64,000 nt of DNA from positions 128,001-192,000 of the forward strand of contig CBDEGZ010000003.1 in the NCBI GenBank assembly GCA_965238175.1. The letters are read 5' to 3'. How positions within the stretch are numbered: position 1 is the stretch's first letter; every line of letters begins with the position of its first letter. The notes beneath the pieces are model-generated. The model had not been told where the DNA came from. It made no database searches and saw only the letters and a list, made by a program, of their open reading frames with translations. The position numbers were made by a program, and so were the translations under genes. Source of the DNA: Gammaproteobacteria bacterium (GTDB lineage: Bacteria; Pseudomonadota; Gammaproteobacteria; CAJXQU01). Of this stretch, positions 41,652-53,071 are shown piece by piece.

Positions 41652-43005
41652 AGTGATGGGAGACATAATCTTTCTTTGTTGGCGAGACTATACAGTAAGC
41701 TAGTAAGATCACTGAGGATAGGGTTAAAGTGTAGCCATAACGAAAATCACAGGCAATCGAAATAATGAAATAACTTAACAAAAAAAGTATGGCAGTAATG
41801 CCTAGACTAGCTAGTACATATTGTTGTCTCTTGACCAGAATTATACTGCACGCAATACAGATCAAGCCATAGAACCAAAGGTAAAATAACGGGCTGTTCG
41901 CAAATATCTTACCAAAAAGATAGAGATAACCCGCATAAGGGTAGACCCTATTGTGAAGTCCTAATACTTCCGATAACTCAGTATCAATGGCTTCATGATG
42001 AAAAGTATTTATGCCCGAAAATAAAGGAAAACATAAACGCATGTCTCCAAAACCAAGGAGTGCTGAGAAATGTTCTACTCGGTGTGAAAGATAACTCAGA
42101 GGGTTTGCAAGGATACTTTTACCGAGTATTGAGAGGCCATCTTTTAGTGTTAACGACCAAAAGTGTCCTGAAGGTCCTAAAAGGGTATCTTGACGTGTTG
42201 GATCGTATTGTTTTTTAAACTGTTGTAATTCTTCTACTAGTTGTTTTGAGGTCTCTTTAGGGAGTTCTCCGTCATGTACCATAATACCGACGAGGTTATA
42301 ACGTATGATCACTCTCAAGCCAATATTAGTGCTGGTTGATTGCACGGGAGAAGACTGTTCTAAACTGTTAGAAATACTATGACTTAATAATATAGGTATA
42401 GCCAGAAAAATGATGAATATGATCGGTTTGAAAGCCTTGCGTGATGGCTGAAGAATAGTTAACCAAATAGTTGCAGGAATTAAGAAAAGTATACCTTGTT
42501 GTCTGCTGCCGACAATAATAGTCATTAATAAAAAGCAAAGTATCAATCGGCCAATATTGACAGGTCGGCCCGTCCACTGGAGATAATGGATAAATAAGAA
42601 AAGAAATACCACAGAATTTGCGAGTAAAACATCTTTCCACACGATCCCCGTGTATATGGCTATAACAGGATTTAATAACACATACATAGCTAAAATCAGG
42701 CGAACATAACTTGTTCTAAAATCAGCACTCAGAACTAACCAGATTGATGCTGAGAGTAGTGCCTGCATACTTAAAACAAATAATGCTGAGGCATTTCCAA
42801 GTCTGTCAAAAAAACCCAGTAACACCGACATAAAGGGAGGATGCCATGAAATGGAATGACCATATCGACCTTCGTATAGTTGTACTAAAGAATCAACACT
42901 AAGTTGGCCAGGAAGACCAATAGTTAAAGCAATACATGCTTGAAGGAATATGAAACAGAAAATAGCCGCTTTTCTGGTAAAGAGGAAAGAAAAAAGTGTC
43001 TGCAT
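41644..43005 (-). CDS. Polytopic membrane protein, putative GT-C-like glycosyltransferase (paralog A)
   Basis: PGQLSVDS...Q...WHPP, VWKDV and C-terminal ACDFRY, with many TM segments. Paralog of 43452-44834. Confidence 0.65.
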   Translation of the reverse strand: MQTLFSFLFTRKAAIFCFIFLQACIALTIGLPGQLSVDSLVQLYEGRYGHSISWHPPFMSVLLGFFDRLGNASALFVLSMQALLSASIWLVLSADFRTSYVRLILAMYVLLNPVIAIYTGIVWKDVLLANSVVFLFLFIHYLQWTGRPVNIGRLILCFLLMTIIVGSRQQGILFLIPATIWLTILQPSRKAFKPIIFIIFLAIPILLSHSISNSLEQSSPVQSTSTNIGLRVIIRYNLVGIMVHDGELPKETSKQLVEELQQFKKQYDPTRQDTLLGPSGHFWSLTLKDGLSILGKSILANPLSYLSHRVEHFSALLGFGDMRLCFPLFSGINTFHHEAIDTELSEVLGLHNRVYPYAGYLYLFGKIFANSPLFYLWFYGLICIACSIILVKRQQYVLASLGITAILFLLSYFIISIACDFRYGYTLTLSSVILLAYCIVSPTKKDYVSHHFE

Positions 43006-43128
43006 TTTTTGATTTAAATAGCTGAAATTTCAGAGGGTGCTAAAATTTATTATTTTTAGTGATTGGGCATCACCATAAAGAATCATCCTAACACAGAAAA
43101 AAAGTGTGCTCGAGTTAACTTTAAACTA

Positions 43129-43426
43129 TATACCCGTACTACTTGGAACCGCAGATTTCAGCAAGTCCAAGGGTCTACACAGCAAGGCAGCGTACGCCGA
43201 GAATAGTGGTTCCATTTTCAAGTACGCTAACGCCGTTGGGTAGATGCTTGGACTCGCCCTCGATGCTTGTTCCGGACAACATTCTACCTCGTCCGGGTGG
43301 CTCTATCGTTCTCGCTGGACGTCGTTGTGTGTCTGGAAAAGGGAACCACCCTTTCCGGCGAAACACGCTTTGCCAGCGAGAACGATAGAGCCACTGAAAC
43401 CTGCAGTTTCAAGTAACACGGGTATA
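43129..43426. mobile_element. ERIC-like MITE (~298 bp), non-coding, highly structured
   Basis: Terminal inverted repeats TATACCCGTACTACTTGGAACCGCAGATTTCAG / CTGAAACCTGCAGTTTCAAGTAACACGGGTATA. Two long internal hairpins. AAACTAT occurs at both 43123-43129 and 43426-43432. Confidence 0.8.
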
Positions 43427-43451
43427 AACTATTACACTTTCTTAAAGATTG

Positions 43452-44834
43452 TTAGCTCAATATCTTAAACCTAGCAGGGTTAAAAATCACCTTCGGAGAT
43501 AGAATGCAATAGGCAAGTAGAGTAACTGAAGTGAGCGTAAGTGTGTAGCCATAACGAAAATCACAAGCAATCCCAATAATGAGATAACTTGCCAAAAAAG
43601 CAAGTGATGTAAAACCAAATGTTGCGAGTATATATTCATTCCTTTTGATCAAAATGATACTGACAATGATACAAATTAAACTGTAGAACCAAAGAGAAAA
43701 TAATGGAGTGTTAGCGTACGATTGACCAAATGATTTAATGTCTTGAGAATATGAATAATCCCCAGGTGTTATACCAAGTATTGTAGCAAGTTCAGCATTA
43801 ATGACTCGATGATAAAATTGGTTCACGCCAGAAAATACAGGCAAACAGAGCCTCGTGTCATTGAAACCTAATAGAGTGGAAAAATGATCACCTCGATGGG
43901 AAAAATATGCGATAGGATTTTCGACAATCGTCGAGTACCATAATTTAACCTTGTTCATAAAAGGCATTAGTAAATATTGAGAAGTCCATACGGGTAAAGT
44001 ATCAACGCGATAAGGGCTGTAAAGAGGAATTTCTGCTTCAAGCTCATTAATTAAAAGTGGTGATGTACCTTTAGCAAGATTACCCTGATGAGCAAGAATA
44101 CCCACGAGATCATAATGAATGGCAATTTGTACACCAACGTATTCTGTTGGTCTATCATCCACCTGTTTTGAAACCTCCAGTGTCTTCGAAATTAAAAAGT
44201 TTAGCACCAAGGGGATGATTATAAAGATGGCAAGCCTACAAAATTTAGATGCAATACGTGAGGAAGAAATCACACTTAACCAGACTGCTGCCGGGATAAG
44301 GAAAAGAATGCCCTGTTGACGACTACCTACAGTCACTGTCATTAAGCCTAGAGAAATGACAATATGGAAAAGATTTACGTTGATGTTTTTGAGGTGGAGA
44401 TGATTTATATATAAATACATAAGTAAAACAGAATGGGCTAATAACACATCTTTCCAGACGATCCCTGTATACAGAGCGATTATAGGATTTGTAAGTACCA
44501 GCATGGCGAGACATAGGCGGAAAGGTTGAATTTTTGTCTGGGAAGAAAGAACTAGCCAGATAGAGATTGAGAAGAATGCTTGCATAATAAGGACAAAACT
44601 AATCGGTGCATTCCCCAATTTATCAAGCCATCCCAATAAAGCGGACATAAAAGGAGGGTTAAAGGAAATGGATTGCCCGAACCTTCCTTCATACAACTGG
44701 ATAAGAGAGTCGACGCTAAGTTGACCTGGTAGGCCATAGGATAGTGCGAACCAAGCTTGGATAATTAAAAACAAGATGATAGCGATATTTTTATTAAAAA
44801 TGATCGATCTATTCAAAAGTTTTTCCATGATCAA
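43452..44834 (-). CDS. Polytopic membrane protein, putative GT-C-like glycosyltransferase (paralog B)
   Basis: Same motifs as paralog A (LPGQLSVDSLIQLYEGR, YTGIVWKDVLLA, GSRQQGILFLIPA, IACDFRYGYTLTL). Confidence 0.65.
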   Translation of the reverse strand: MIMEKLLNRSIIFNKNIAIILFLIIQAWFALSYGLPGQLSVDSLIQLYEGRFGQSISFNPPFMSALLGWLDKLGNAPISFVLIMQAFFSISIWLVLSSQTKIQPFRLCLAMLVLTNPIIALYTGIVWKDVLLAHSVLLMYLYINHLHLKNINVNLFHIVISLGLMTVTVGSRQQGILFLIPAAVWLSVISSSRIASKFCRLAIFIIIPLVLNFLISKTLEVSKQVDDRPTEYVGVQIAIHYDLVGILAHQGNLAKGTSPLLINELEAEIPLYSPYRVDTLPVWTSQYLLMPFMNKVKLWYSTIVENPIAYFSHRGDHFSTLLGFNDTRLCLPVFSGVNQFYHRVINAELATILGITPGDYSYSQDIKSFGQSYANTPLFSLWFYSLICIIVSIILIKRNEYILATFGFTSLAFLASYLIIGIACDFRYGYTLTLTSVTLLAYCILSPKVIFNPARFKILS

Positions 44835-44859
44835 GTTATATTGAGATTTGTATGGCTAA

Positions 44860-46140
44860 CTATGTTGTTTTAGCTCGACGGTTCAACCACCATAAAAGCA
44901 TAATACTGAGCACTATATATTCGACAAAGGAAATAGTTCGAGTTGTCGAGCTCGCGTGATAAGAAAATAATTCGAGATATTGAAAATCATTACTAAGAAT
45001 TGTAAGAATCGGAAAAGGAACAGGAGTTCCATTAGGAAAATCAGGAATAATCCAGAATATTCTCTCCGATAGTGATTGTGTAACAAACAAAACGAACAGT
45101 CCCATAGAATTTTGTTTGTTGAATAACCCATTATCTAAAATAATCTTCCCTATTAATAAATATACAATGGGACAACTCCAAAAAAGAAGTCTTTCAGTAT
45201 CAGTACCACCAGCCCACCCTAACACTGAAATTCCGAATAAAAATATCAACATGAACTGGTTTCTGATCAAAAACTGTAAAACAGTTCGCCAGTAATAAAT
45301 CGGAATAATAATGATAGGTCCAAAAGCTACAAACCATGCGAGCAGGTAGGAAATAAATGTTTTCAATTGCACCCAATTAAGTGCAGACATAAAGAATGAA
45401 TATGTATTATTTTGGGTGACGGACAACTTAATCATCGTAAAGCTAACAATGCCTAAGAAAAGTGGAATAAAAAAGCTTAGAGGAATATTTTTTATAAAAT
45501 GTTTTACAAATAAACTTATTTGTAAAGAATGCTTTCCAAGCATAGAAGTAAAAGGATTTTTAGAGAAAAGAAATGCAACGGCAATGATGAGAGATACTTC
45601 TCGAAATAAAACGCCAATAAACACAATAATTCCTAGAAGAACTATCCGTAATAGGGTCGTATTTTCCTGAACTTTTCGGATCCCTATTAGCCCAGCCAGC
45701 AAAGCGACAAACAGCCAAGGATCCGTATAAACAGGATAGTAATAGACAAACCGGGTCGGCCCATGCCACATAAACAGAAAAAGTGCACTAAGCAAAATTC
45801 GGGTTTTTAAATTATCAAGATACAGTCTTAACCAGAATATAAATAATATTGTTGCAAGTAGGTTTCCAATAACATTAATGATTTTAAAACCTGAAATTAA
45901 ATTCTCTTCAGAAACAAGTGAGGCTAAAAAAGGTGTTCCGATCCGATAAACGTAAGGACCTTCAGCATCAGGTATTTTGTGATTGGAGAATTGTTCGGCA
46001 ACTTTAGTGTAAATGACACCATCAAAGCCCTGACCACTATTTACTGTTATGGGAGGTTGAAATTTTTGGCTTAGGAAATTAACAAGAACAAATAAAAATA
46101 AGACAATAAGGATCTCAATTTTACAATCATTTTTTTTCAT
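44860..46140 (-). CDS. Polytopic membrane protein, possible GT-C-like transferase
   Basis: About 10 TM segments, with a first-loop acidic motif GFDGVIY and PYVYRIGTP. AT-rich. Confidence 0.55.
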   Translation of the reverse strand: MKKNDCKIEILIVLFLFVLVNFLSQKFQPPITVNSGQGFDGVIYTKVAEQFSNHKIPDAEGPYVYRIGTPFLASLVSEENLISGFKIINVIGNLLATILFIFWLRLYLDNLKTRILLSALFLFMWHGPTRFVYYYPVYTDPWLFVALLAGLIGIRKVQENTTLLRIVLLGIIVFIGVLFREVSLIIAVAFLFSKNPFTSMLGKHSLQISLFVKHFIKNIPLSFFIPLFLGIVSFTMIKLSVTQNNTYSFFMSALNWVQLKTFISYLLAWFVAFGPIIIIPIYYWRTVLQFLIRNQFMLIFLFGISVLGWAGGTDTERLLFWSCPIVYLLIGKIILDNGLFNKQNSMGLFVLFVTQSLSERIFWIIPDFPNGTPVPFPILTILSNDFQYLELFSYHASSTTRTISFVEYIVLSIMLLWWLNRRAKTT

Positions 46141-46222
46141 AACACGATTAGCTTCATCCCGAATTTATAGAGTATTAGATGCAAAACTATAAAGTAAGAT
46201 AAAACAATTTAGCTGCCTCATA

Positions 46223-47149
46223 TCAAGGCATGCTTCCATCCGTCTCAGCCCCTTCTTTTTCCACTGGCATGAGATCTTCTTTGCTAACACCAAGTGCTAA
46301 TGCGGTAGTACTCGCCACGTACATTGATGAGTAGGTTCCGATAACGACACCGATTATTAATGCAAGCGCGAAAGGTTTGATGACTTCTCCACCGAAAAGG
46401 TACAAAGCGATCAAAACAAGTAAGGTTGTTAAGGAGGTGATCACCGTTCTTGTCAGTGTTTGATTCAGAGAAATATTCATTATCTCTTCAGTATCCTTTT
46501 TACGCACTTTAAGGAAGTTTTCACGGATGCGATCAAAAACAACAATCGTATCGTTGAGTGAATAGCCGATGACCGCGAGTATTGCTGCAAGTACCGATTG
46601 TTCAAATTTGATCTGAATCAGAGCAAAGAAGCCGAGGACGATGATGACATCATGGAACAGTGCAGCAACAGAACCAACTGCAAAACGTTTTTCAAAACGT
46701 AAAGATACATAGATCAAAATACAAAACAACGCGAGTAACATTGCAATACCACCGTCATTGGTGAGCTCTTCACCAAACTGTGGTCCAACAAATTCAACGC
46801 GGCGTAGGTCTGCTCCTACCAATATCTCAACAACTTTATCGCTGACTTTATCGTTACTTAACCCTTCGGTTGGAGCAATTCGAATCAGCACATTTTTATT
46901 ATTTCCAAAATGTTGTACGACAGCTTGGCCAATTTGTGAATCTTCAAGTGACGTTCGGATTTCATCAAGATTCACATCATTCTCATAACCCAGTTCGATC
47001 AAAGTCCCGCCGGTAAAATCGATACCGAAATTAAGACCACGTATAGCAAGTGCAGCAATCGAAGTAATGAGTAATACGACGGAAAAGATCATGGCCAGCT
47101 TACGCTTGCTCATGAAATCAAAGTTAGGAATTTTATTGAAAATTTTCAT
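46223..47149 (-). CDS. secF: Protein translocase subunit SecF
   Basis: GLNFGIDFTGG, IGYSLNDTIVVFDRIRE and GTYSS. Confidence 0.96.
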   Translation of the reverse strand: MKIFNKIPNFDFMSKRKLAMIFSVVLLITSIAALAIRGLNFGIDFTGGTLIELGYENDVNLDEIRTSLEDSQIGQAVVQHFGNNKNVLIRIAPTEGLSNDKVSDKVVEILVGADLRRVEFVGPQFGEELTNDGGIAMLLALFCILIYVSLRFEKRFAVGSVAALFHDVIIVLGFFALIQIKFEQSVLAAILAVIGYSLNDTIVVFDRIRENFLKVRKKDTEEIMNISLNQTLTRTVITSLTTLLVLIALYLFGGEVIKPFALALIIGVVIGTYSSMYVASTTALALGVSKEDLMPVEKEGAETDGSMP

Positions 47150-47167
47150 AATATTTTTATCCTTATG

Positions 47168-49024
47168 CTAGATAGCAAGTTTTACGTCTTTTTTGCCACC
47201 ATAGATAAAATTGACCAATGCTCGCGAACCAATAATTGCGGTGAACATAGAGGTGAGAATTCCCAGCGCCAGTGTCACGGCAAAGCCTTTAATCGGCCCA
47301 GTTCCAAAACCATAGAGGACCGTGGCGGCGATTAAGGTTGTAATGTTCGCATCAATAATAGTTGAGAATGCTTTAGCATAACCTGCCTGAATACTTGTTT
47401 GTGGCGTACTACCGTTACGTAACTCTTCTCGAATACGTTCAAAGATCAGCACGTTAGCATCCACCGCCATACCAACGGTAAGTACAATCCCTGCAATACC
47501 AGGTAAAGTCAGTGTGGCTTGTAATAACGAAAGTAATGCAACAATTAAAACTAAGTTAACCGCTAGCGCTACATTTGCGACCATACCGAAAACTTTGTAG
47601 TAAAGCGCCATAAAGATCAAAACTAAAATAAAACCGATTTTCACTGACATAAAGCCTTTATCAATATTATCTTTACCCAGGCTCGGACCAATGGTGCGTT
47701 CCTCAATGATTTCGATTGGTGCGACTAGAGCACCTGCACGAAGAAGTAATGACAGATCACGTGCTTCTTCTGAACTGTCTAATCCAGTAATTTGGAAACG
47801 TTTACCGAGCTCACCTTGGATGGTTGCAACATTGATAATTTCTTCAATTCTTCGGCTACGCTTTTTCAGCTCACCATTTTCTTCATAAGTTTCTATTTTA
47901 CTTTCGATGAAAACAACGGCTTGCAAATGGCCAATTTCATCTCGTGTAGCTCGGCTGAACAGCGTCACACATCTACCATCTAAGGTAAGGAATACAGCCG
48001 GTGAGCCAGATTGTTGTTCAAGACCGGAAGAAGCATTGACGATACAGTCACCCTTTAACATAACTTTTTTGTCTAACAAGAAGTCACGGCCATCACGCGC
48101 TTTATATAGCTTAGATCTAATCGGCACTTTTCCGCGTAAAGCTTCTTCGACATTGCCTTCTTCATCGACCATGCGAAATTCGAGTGTTGCCGTCGCACTA
48201 AGAATCTCTTTGGCTTTGGATGGATCTTGTACACCGGGTAGTTGAATAATAATTCGTTCTAAACCCTGCTGTTGGATAACAGGCTCTGCAACTCCAAGCT
48301 CATTTACCCGGTTTCTTAATGTCGTAATATTTTGTTGTAAGGCATATCTCTTTGTTTCTCTGAGAGAATTTTCCGACTGAACCATATCGATCAAAAACAA
48401 GCCGTCTTTCTCAGAAATAACTCTTTCTAGATCGGGAAACTCATCTCGGATCAAATCATTTGCCGCAGTTTGAATGGCTTCATCTTTGCAACGGATCAAA
48501 ATGCCGCCTTTTGGTTTACGGCTGATGGTTTTGTAACGGATTTCGTTCTCACGCAGTTTGGTACGTAACTCAGTAACAAAACTTTCTTCTTTATCTTTGG
48601 TGACAGTAGCCATATCGACTTCCATCAAGATATGAACACCACCGCGCAGATCCAGACCAAGGTTCATTGGTTCGGCGCCGAGATTTTTAAGCCACTCAGG
48701 CGTTGCCGGTGCAAGGTTCAAAGCTGTCGTATACTTGCCTCCCAACTTCGCCTGGATTATCTCCTGTGCTCTGGATTGCGTTTCCGTGTCATTAAATCGA
48801 AGCATCATGCCACGTGCATTTTCTTCCAGCGATTTTGACTCAACGCCAGCTGCAGTTAAGGCTTCGCTGACAGAATCAATGGTGCTTTGCGTAAGATCTG
48901 CGTTTCGTCCCGGTGTCACTTGTATTGAAGGATCGGTGCCATACAAATTTGGTAAGGCATAAAGTGTACCGACGATCAAAACTATGACGATCAGAAGGTA
49001 TTTCCATATTGGATACTGGTTCAT
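47168..49024 (-). CDS. secD: Protein translocase subunit SecD
   Basis: LGLDLRGG, RVNELGVAEP and GMAVDANVLIFERIREE. Confidence 0.96.
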   Translation of the reverse strand: MNQYPIWKYLLIVIVLIVGTLYALPNLYGTDPSIQVTPGRNADLTQSTIDSVSEALTAAGVESKSLEENARGMMLRFNDTETQSRAQEIIQAKLGGKYTTALNLAPATPEWLKNLGAEPMNLGLDLRGGVHILMEVDMATVTKDKEESFVTELRTKLRENEIRYKTISRKPKGGILIRCKDEAIQTAANDLIRDEFPDLERVISEKDGLFLIDMVQSENSLRETKRYALQQNITTLRNRVNELGVAEPVIQQQGLERIIIQLPGVQDPSKAKEILSATATLEFRMVDEEGNVEEALRGKVPIRSKLYKARDGRDFLLDKKVMLKGDCIVNASSGLEQQSGSPAVFLTLDGRCVTLFSRATRDEIGHLQAVVFIESKIETYEENGELKKRSRRIEEIINVATIQGELGKRFQITGLDSSEEARDLSLLLRAGALVAPIEIIEERTIGPSLGKDNIDKGFMSVKIGFILVLIFMALYYKVFGMVANVALAVNLVLIVALLSLLQATLTLPGIAGIVLTVGMAVDANVLIFERIREELRNGSTPQTSIQAGYAKAFSTIIDANITTLIAATVLYGFGTGPIKGFAVTLALGILTSMFTAIIGSRALVNFIYGGKKDVKLAI

Positions 49025-49044
49025 TCTTGTTTCTTCCAGAAGTT

Positions 49045-49380
49045 TTAAAGAGTTTTGATAGTTCCTTTCGGCATAACTGCGGTGATCGCAGTACGCTGAA
49101 GTTTAACCTCGGTGCCTGATGAAATTTCGAGGGTAATAAAGTCTTCACCCAGTTTTGTGATTTTGCCAAGCAGACCGCCATTAGTAATGACTTCATCACT
49201 TTTTTCCAGACTTCCAACCAGGTTTTTATGTTCTTTCGCACGTTTCATTTGTGGACGGATCAACATGAAATAAAAGATCACAAACAACAAAATCAAAGGT
49301 AAAAATTCAGCGATGCCGGGTGTTGCAGCAACGCCGCCTCCGGTTGCTCCAGCCATTGTATTTGAAATAAAGAAATCCAT
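49045..49380 (-). CDS. yajC: Preprotein translocase subunit YajC
   Basis: FYFMLIRPQMKRAKEH...DEVITNGGLLG. Confidence 0.96.
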   Translation of the reverse strand: MDFFISNTMAGATGGGVAATPGIAEFLPLILLFVIFYFMLIRPQMKRAKEHKNLVGSLEKSDEVITNGGLLGKITKLGEDFITLEISSGTEVKLQRTAITAVMPKGTIKTL

Positions 49381-49490
49381 AATTTGATCCTCTCTTTGTT
49401 ATTTTTCTATTTAATTAGACTTAATTGATCGCGACATTATGACACAGGCAAACGTTCTGTACTCTGTCTAGTTAGCTGTATACGATAATA

Positions 49491-50612
<1,122 letters not shown>

Positions 50613-50617
50613 CTAAA

Positions 50618-51631
50618 TTAATAGATAAACATGGCATCGCCATAACTAAAAAAACGGTATTTCTGTTCCACTGCATGTTGATATGCATTGATCATTTTTT
50701 CTTGTCCGGCAAATGCACAAACCAGCATCAGCAATGTGGATTCGGGTAAATGAAAGTTGGTGATCATCGCATCAATGCTTTTAAATTCATAACCGGGATA
50801 GATGAAAATTGAAGTTTCACCCGAATATGATTCGATCGAACCATTAAGACTGGCTGACTCCAACGCTCTCACCGTTGTCGTTCCGAGCGCAACGACACGA
50901 CCACCCTGTTCTTGCGTTTTGTTGATTTGATCACATGTTGCTTTAGAAACCTCTATGCGCTCCGAATGCATTTTATGATCATTAATGTCATCAACGCGCA
51001 TTGGTTGGAAAGTCCCTGCACCAACATGCAAAGTCACTTGCGCAAATTGAACGCCCTTTTTTTCTAACTGATTCAGTAAGTTTTGATCAAAATGCAAACC
51101 GGCGGTGGGTGCCGCAACTGCCCCGGCTCGTTTAGCAAAAACGGTTTGATATCGTTCATCATCAAATGCTGAATCTTCTCTATTAATATAGGGAGGTAAT
51201 GGAATATGGCCAATCGCCTCCATAACTTGATCAATTTCAGACTCAAATTTCAATTCAAAAAAACCGTCTTTGCGACCAGTGACAACAGCCGAAAAATTCT
51301 GATCAAATTTGAGCGAAGTTCCGGGCTTGGGCGCTTTGCTGGATTTCATTTGTGCCAGCGCATTATGCTCATCAACGGCTCTTTCGATCAAAATCTCAAC
51401 CTTACCACCGGTTTGTTTTTGCCCAAACAAACGTGCGCGGATCACACGGGTGTCGTTCATTACTAACAGGTCGCCGGGTTGAAGCAGATCAACAATCGAT
51501 GAGAAATTTTGATCTTGAATTTCGCCATTATTTCGATCAAGCACTAACAAACGGCTTGCAGTGCGCTCAGCCGAGGGTTGTTGCGCGATCAAATCGTCCG
51601 GCAGATCAAAAGTAAAATCGGTTCGTTTCAT
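50618..51631 (-). CDS. queA: S-adenosylmethionine:tRNA ribosyltransferase-isomerase
   Basis: [28 protein letters not shown] and [10 protein letters not shown]. Confidence 0.97.
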   Translation of the reverse strand: MKRTDFTFDLPDDLIAQQPSAERTASRLLVLDRNNGEIQDQNFSSIVDLLQPGDLLVMNDTRVIRARLFGQKQTGGKVEILIERAVDEHNALAQMKSSKAPKPGTSLKFDQNFSAVVTGRKDGFFELKFESEIDQVMEAIGHIPLPPYINREDSAFDDERYQTVFAKRAGAVAAPTAGLHFDQNLLNQLEKKGVQFAQVTLHVGAGTFQPMRVDDINDHKMHSERIEVSKATCDQINKTQEQGGRVVALGTTTVRALESASLNGSIESYSGETSIFIYPGYEFKSIDAMITNFHLPESTLLMLVCAFAGQEKMINAYQHAVEQKYRFFSYGDAMFIY

Positions 51632-51729
51632 GGTGCGCGGATCATAGCAGAGAAAAACACAAGAAATGGATCGCGAAAAAGAAATTGTAAGCGTATTCTA
51701 AAACCTCAACTTGTTACGTTTATTGCTCA

Positions 51730-52560
51730 ATGACAAATACAAAACAATCCGATTATGAACGCATAAGCAAAGCGATCGAATACATCTCAGCTCATGTAAA
51801 ACAACAACCTTCGCTTGATCAAATTGCGGAGCACATTCATCTTAGCCCTCAACATTTTCAGCGCTTGTTTAAACGTTGGGCCGGCGTTTCACCTAAACGA
51901 TTATTGCAAGTCCTAACTGTAGAGCATGCAAAAAAATGTCTTGAAAATTCAACACTTATGGAAACAAGCCATGATTTAGGCCTGAGTAGCACAGCGCGTT
52001 TGCACGATCATTTTGTAAGTTTGGAAGCAATGACGCCGGGTGAATTTAAATCGCAAGGTCAAGGTTTACAGATCAAATATGGGATCCATAAATCCCCTTT
52101 TGGTGAGGTTTTTATCGCGACAACACAACGTGGGATCTGTCATCTTATTTTTTTTGATCAAAAACAAAGACAAGCAGATATTGATCAGGCATTAATAGAA
52201 ATCAAACAGAAGTTTATTTTTTCGGATTTAGAACAAGATCAAAAATCAACCCAAGAATTTGTCGAAAAGATCTTTTCTCTACAACAGGAAAATTTGCCAT
52301 TGATCGTGGTGGGTACAAACTTTCAGATCAATGTCTGGAAAGCCTTATTAAAAATCCCATCGGGACAATTGAGTACTTATGGCGCAATTGCAAAACAGCT
52401 CGAAAACCCTAAAGCCTCAAGAGCGGTTGGAAGTGCCGTCGGTGCAAATCCGATCAGTTATATCATTCCATGTCATCGCGTTATTGCCTCAACAGGAATC
52501 ATCGGTAACTATCGATGGGGAAAAACAAGAAAAAAAGCCATGCTTCTTTGGGAATCTTGA
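51730..52560 (+). CDS. AraC-HTH / methylated-DNA--protein-cysteine methyltransferase (Ada-like)
   Basis: HFQRLFKRWAGVSP HTH and IPCHRV active site. Confidence 0.9.
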   Translation: MTNTKQSDYERISKAIEYISAHVKQQPSLDQIAEHIHLSPQHFQRLFKRWAGVSPKRLLQVLTVEHAKKCLENSTLMETSHDLGLSSTARLHDHFVSLEAMTPGEFKSQGQGLQIKYGIHKSPFGEVFIATTQRGICHLIFFDQKQRQADIDQALIEIKQKFIFSDLEQDQKSTQEFVEKIFSLQQENLPLIVVGTNFQINVWKALLKIPSGQLSTYGAIAKQLENPKASRAVGSAVGANPISYIIPCHRVIASTGIIGNYRWGKTRKKAMLLWES

Positions 52561-52574
52561 TCGATAATAGCTAC

Positions 52575-53039
52575 ATGGAGCAGTTCAAACTTTATCTATC
52601 AACTATTCTTTTGAACATAATGATCTCAGCATGTTCAGAGCCACTAGATCCTTATGAAGCTTTTGCGGTTGGTGAATACGAGGCTGCAAAACAGCAATTA
52701 CTGCCACTTGCCGCAGAAAACGATCTAAAAGCCATGACCTACCTGGCAGCTGTTTATCAAATAGAACGTAATTACACAAAAGCCGTAGAACTCTATACGA
52801 AAGCGGCATTAAAAGATTATGTCCCTGCACAATATAATCTGGGAGTGATGGCATACCAGGGAAAAGGTATGGAACCGGATAATCTCAAAGCTTACGGTTG
52901 GTTGGATCATGCAAGGGAGCAAGGTCACCCAAAAGCGAGTGACTTCATCAATGGGTTTCTTCGGTTTGAAATGACGCCAAACGCCGCAATGCAAGCAAAA
53001 GAAGATGTTAAAAAACTGATCAGAGCTGAGGCTGAATAG
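52575..53039 (+). CDS. Sel1/TPR-repeat lipoprotein
   Basis: Lipobox ISAC and AQYNLGVMAYQGKG...AYGWLDHAREQG. Confidence 0.75.
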   Translation: MEQFKLYLSTILLNIMISACSEPLDPYEAFAVGEYEAAKQQLLPLAAENDLKAMTYLAAVYQIERNYTKAVELYTKAALKDYVPAQYNLGVMAYQGKGMEPDNLKAYGWLDHAREQGHPKASDFINGFLRFEMTPNAAMQAKEDVKKLIRAEAE

Positions 53040-53071
53040 CACTCTAAAAAAACAGTATAAATAAACTGTTT

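Noticed and set aside
43143-43468. Three small ORFs (43143-43388, 43175-43366, 43244-43468)
   Set aside because: They lie in the palindromic MITE and have no RBS or recognisable motif.
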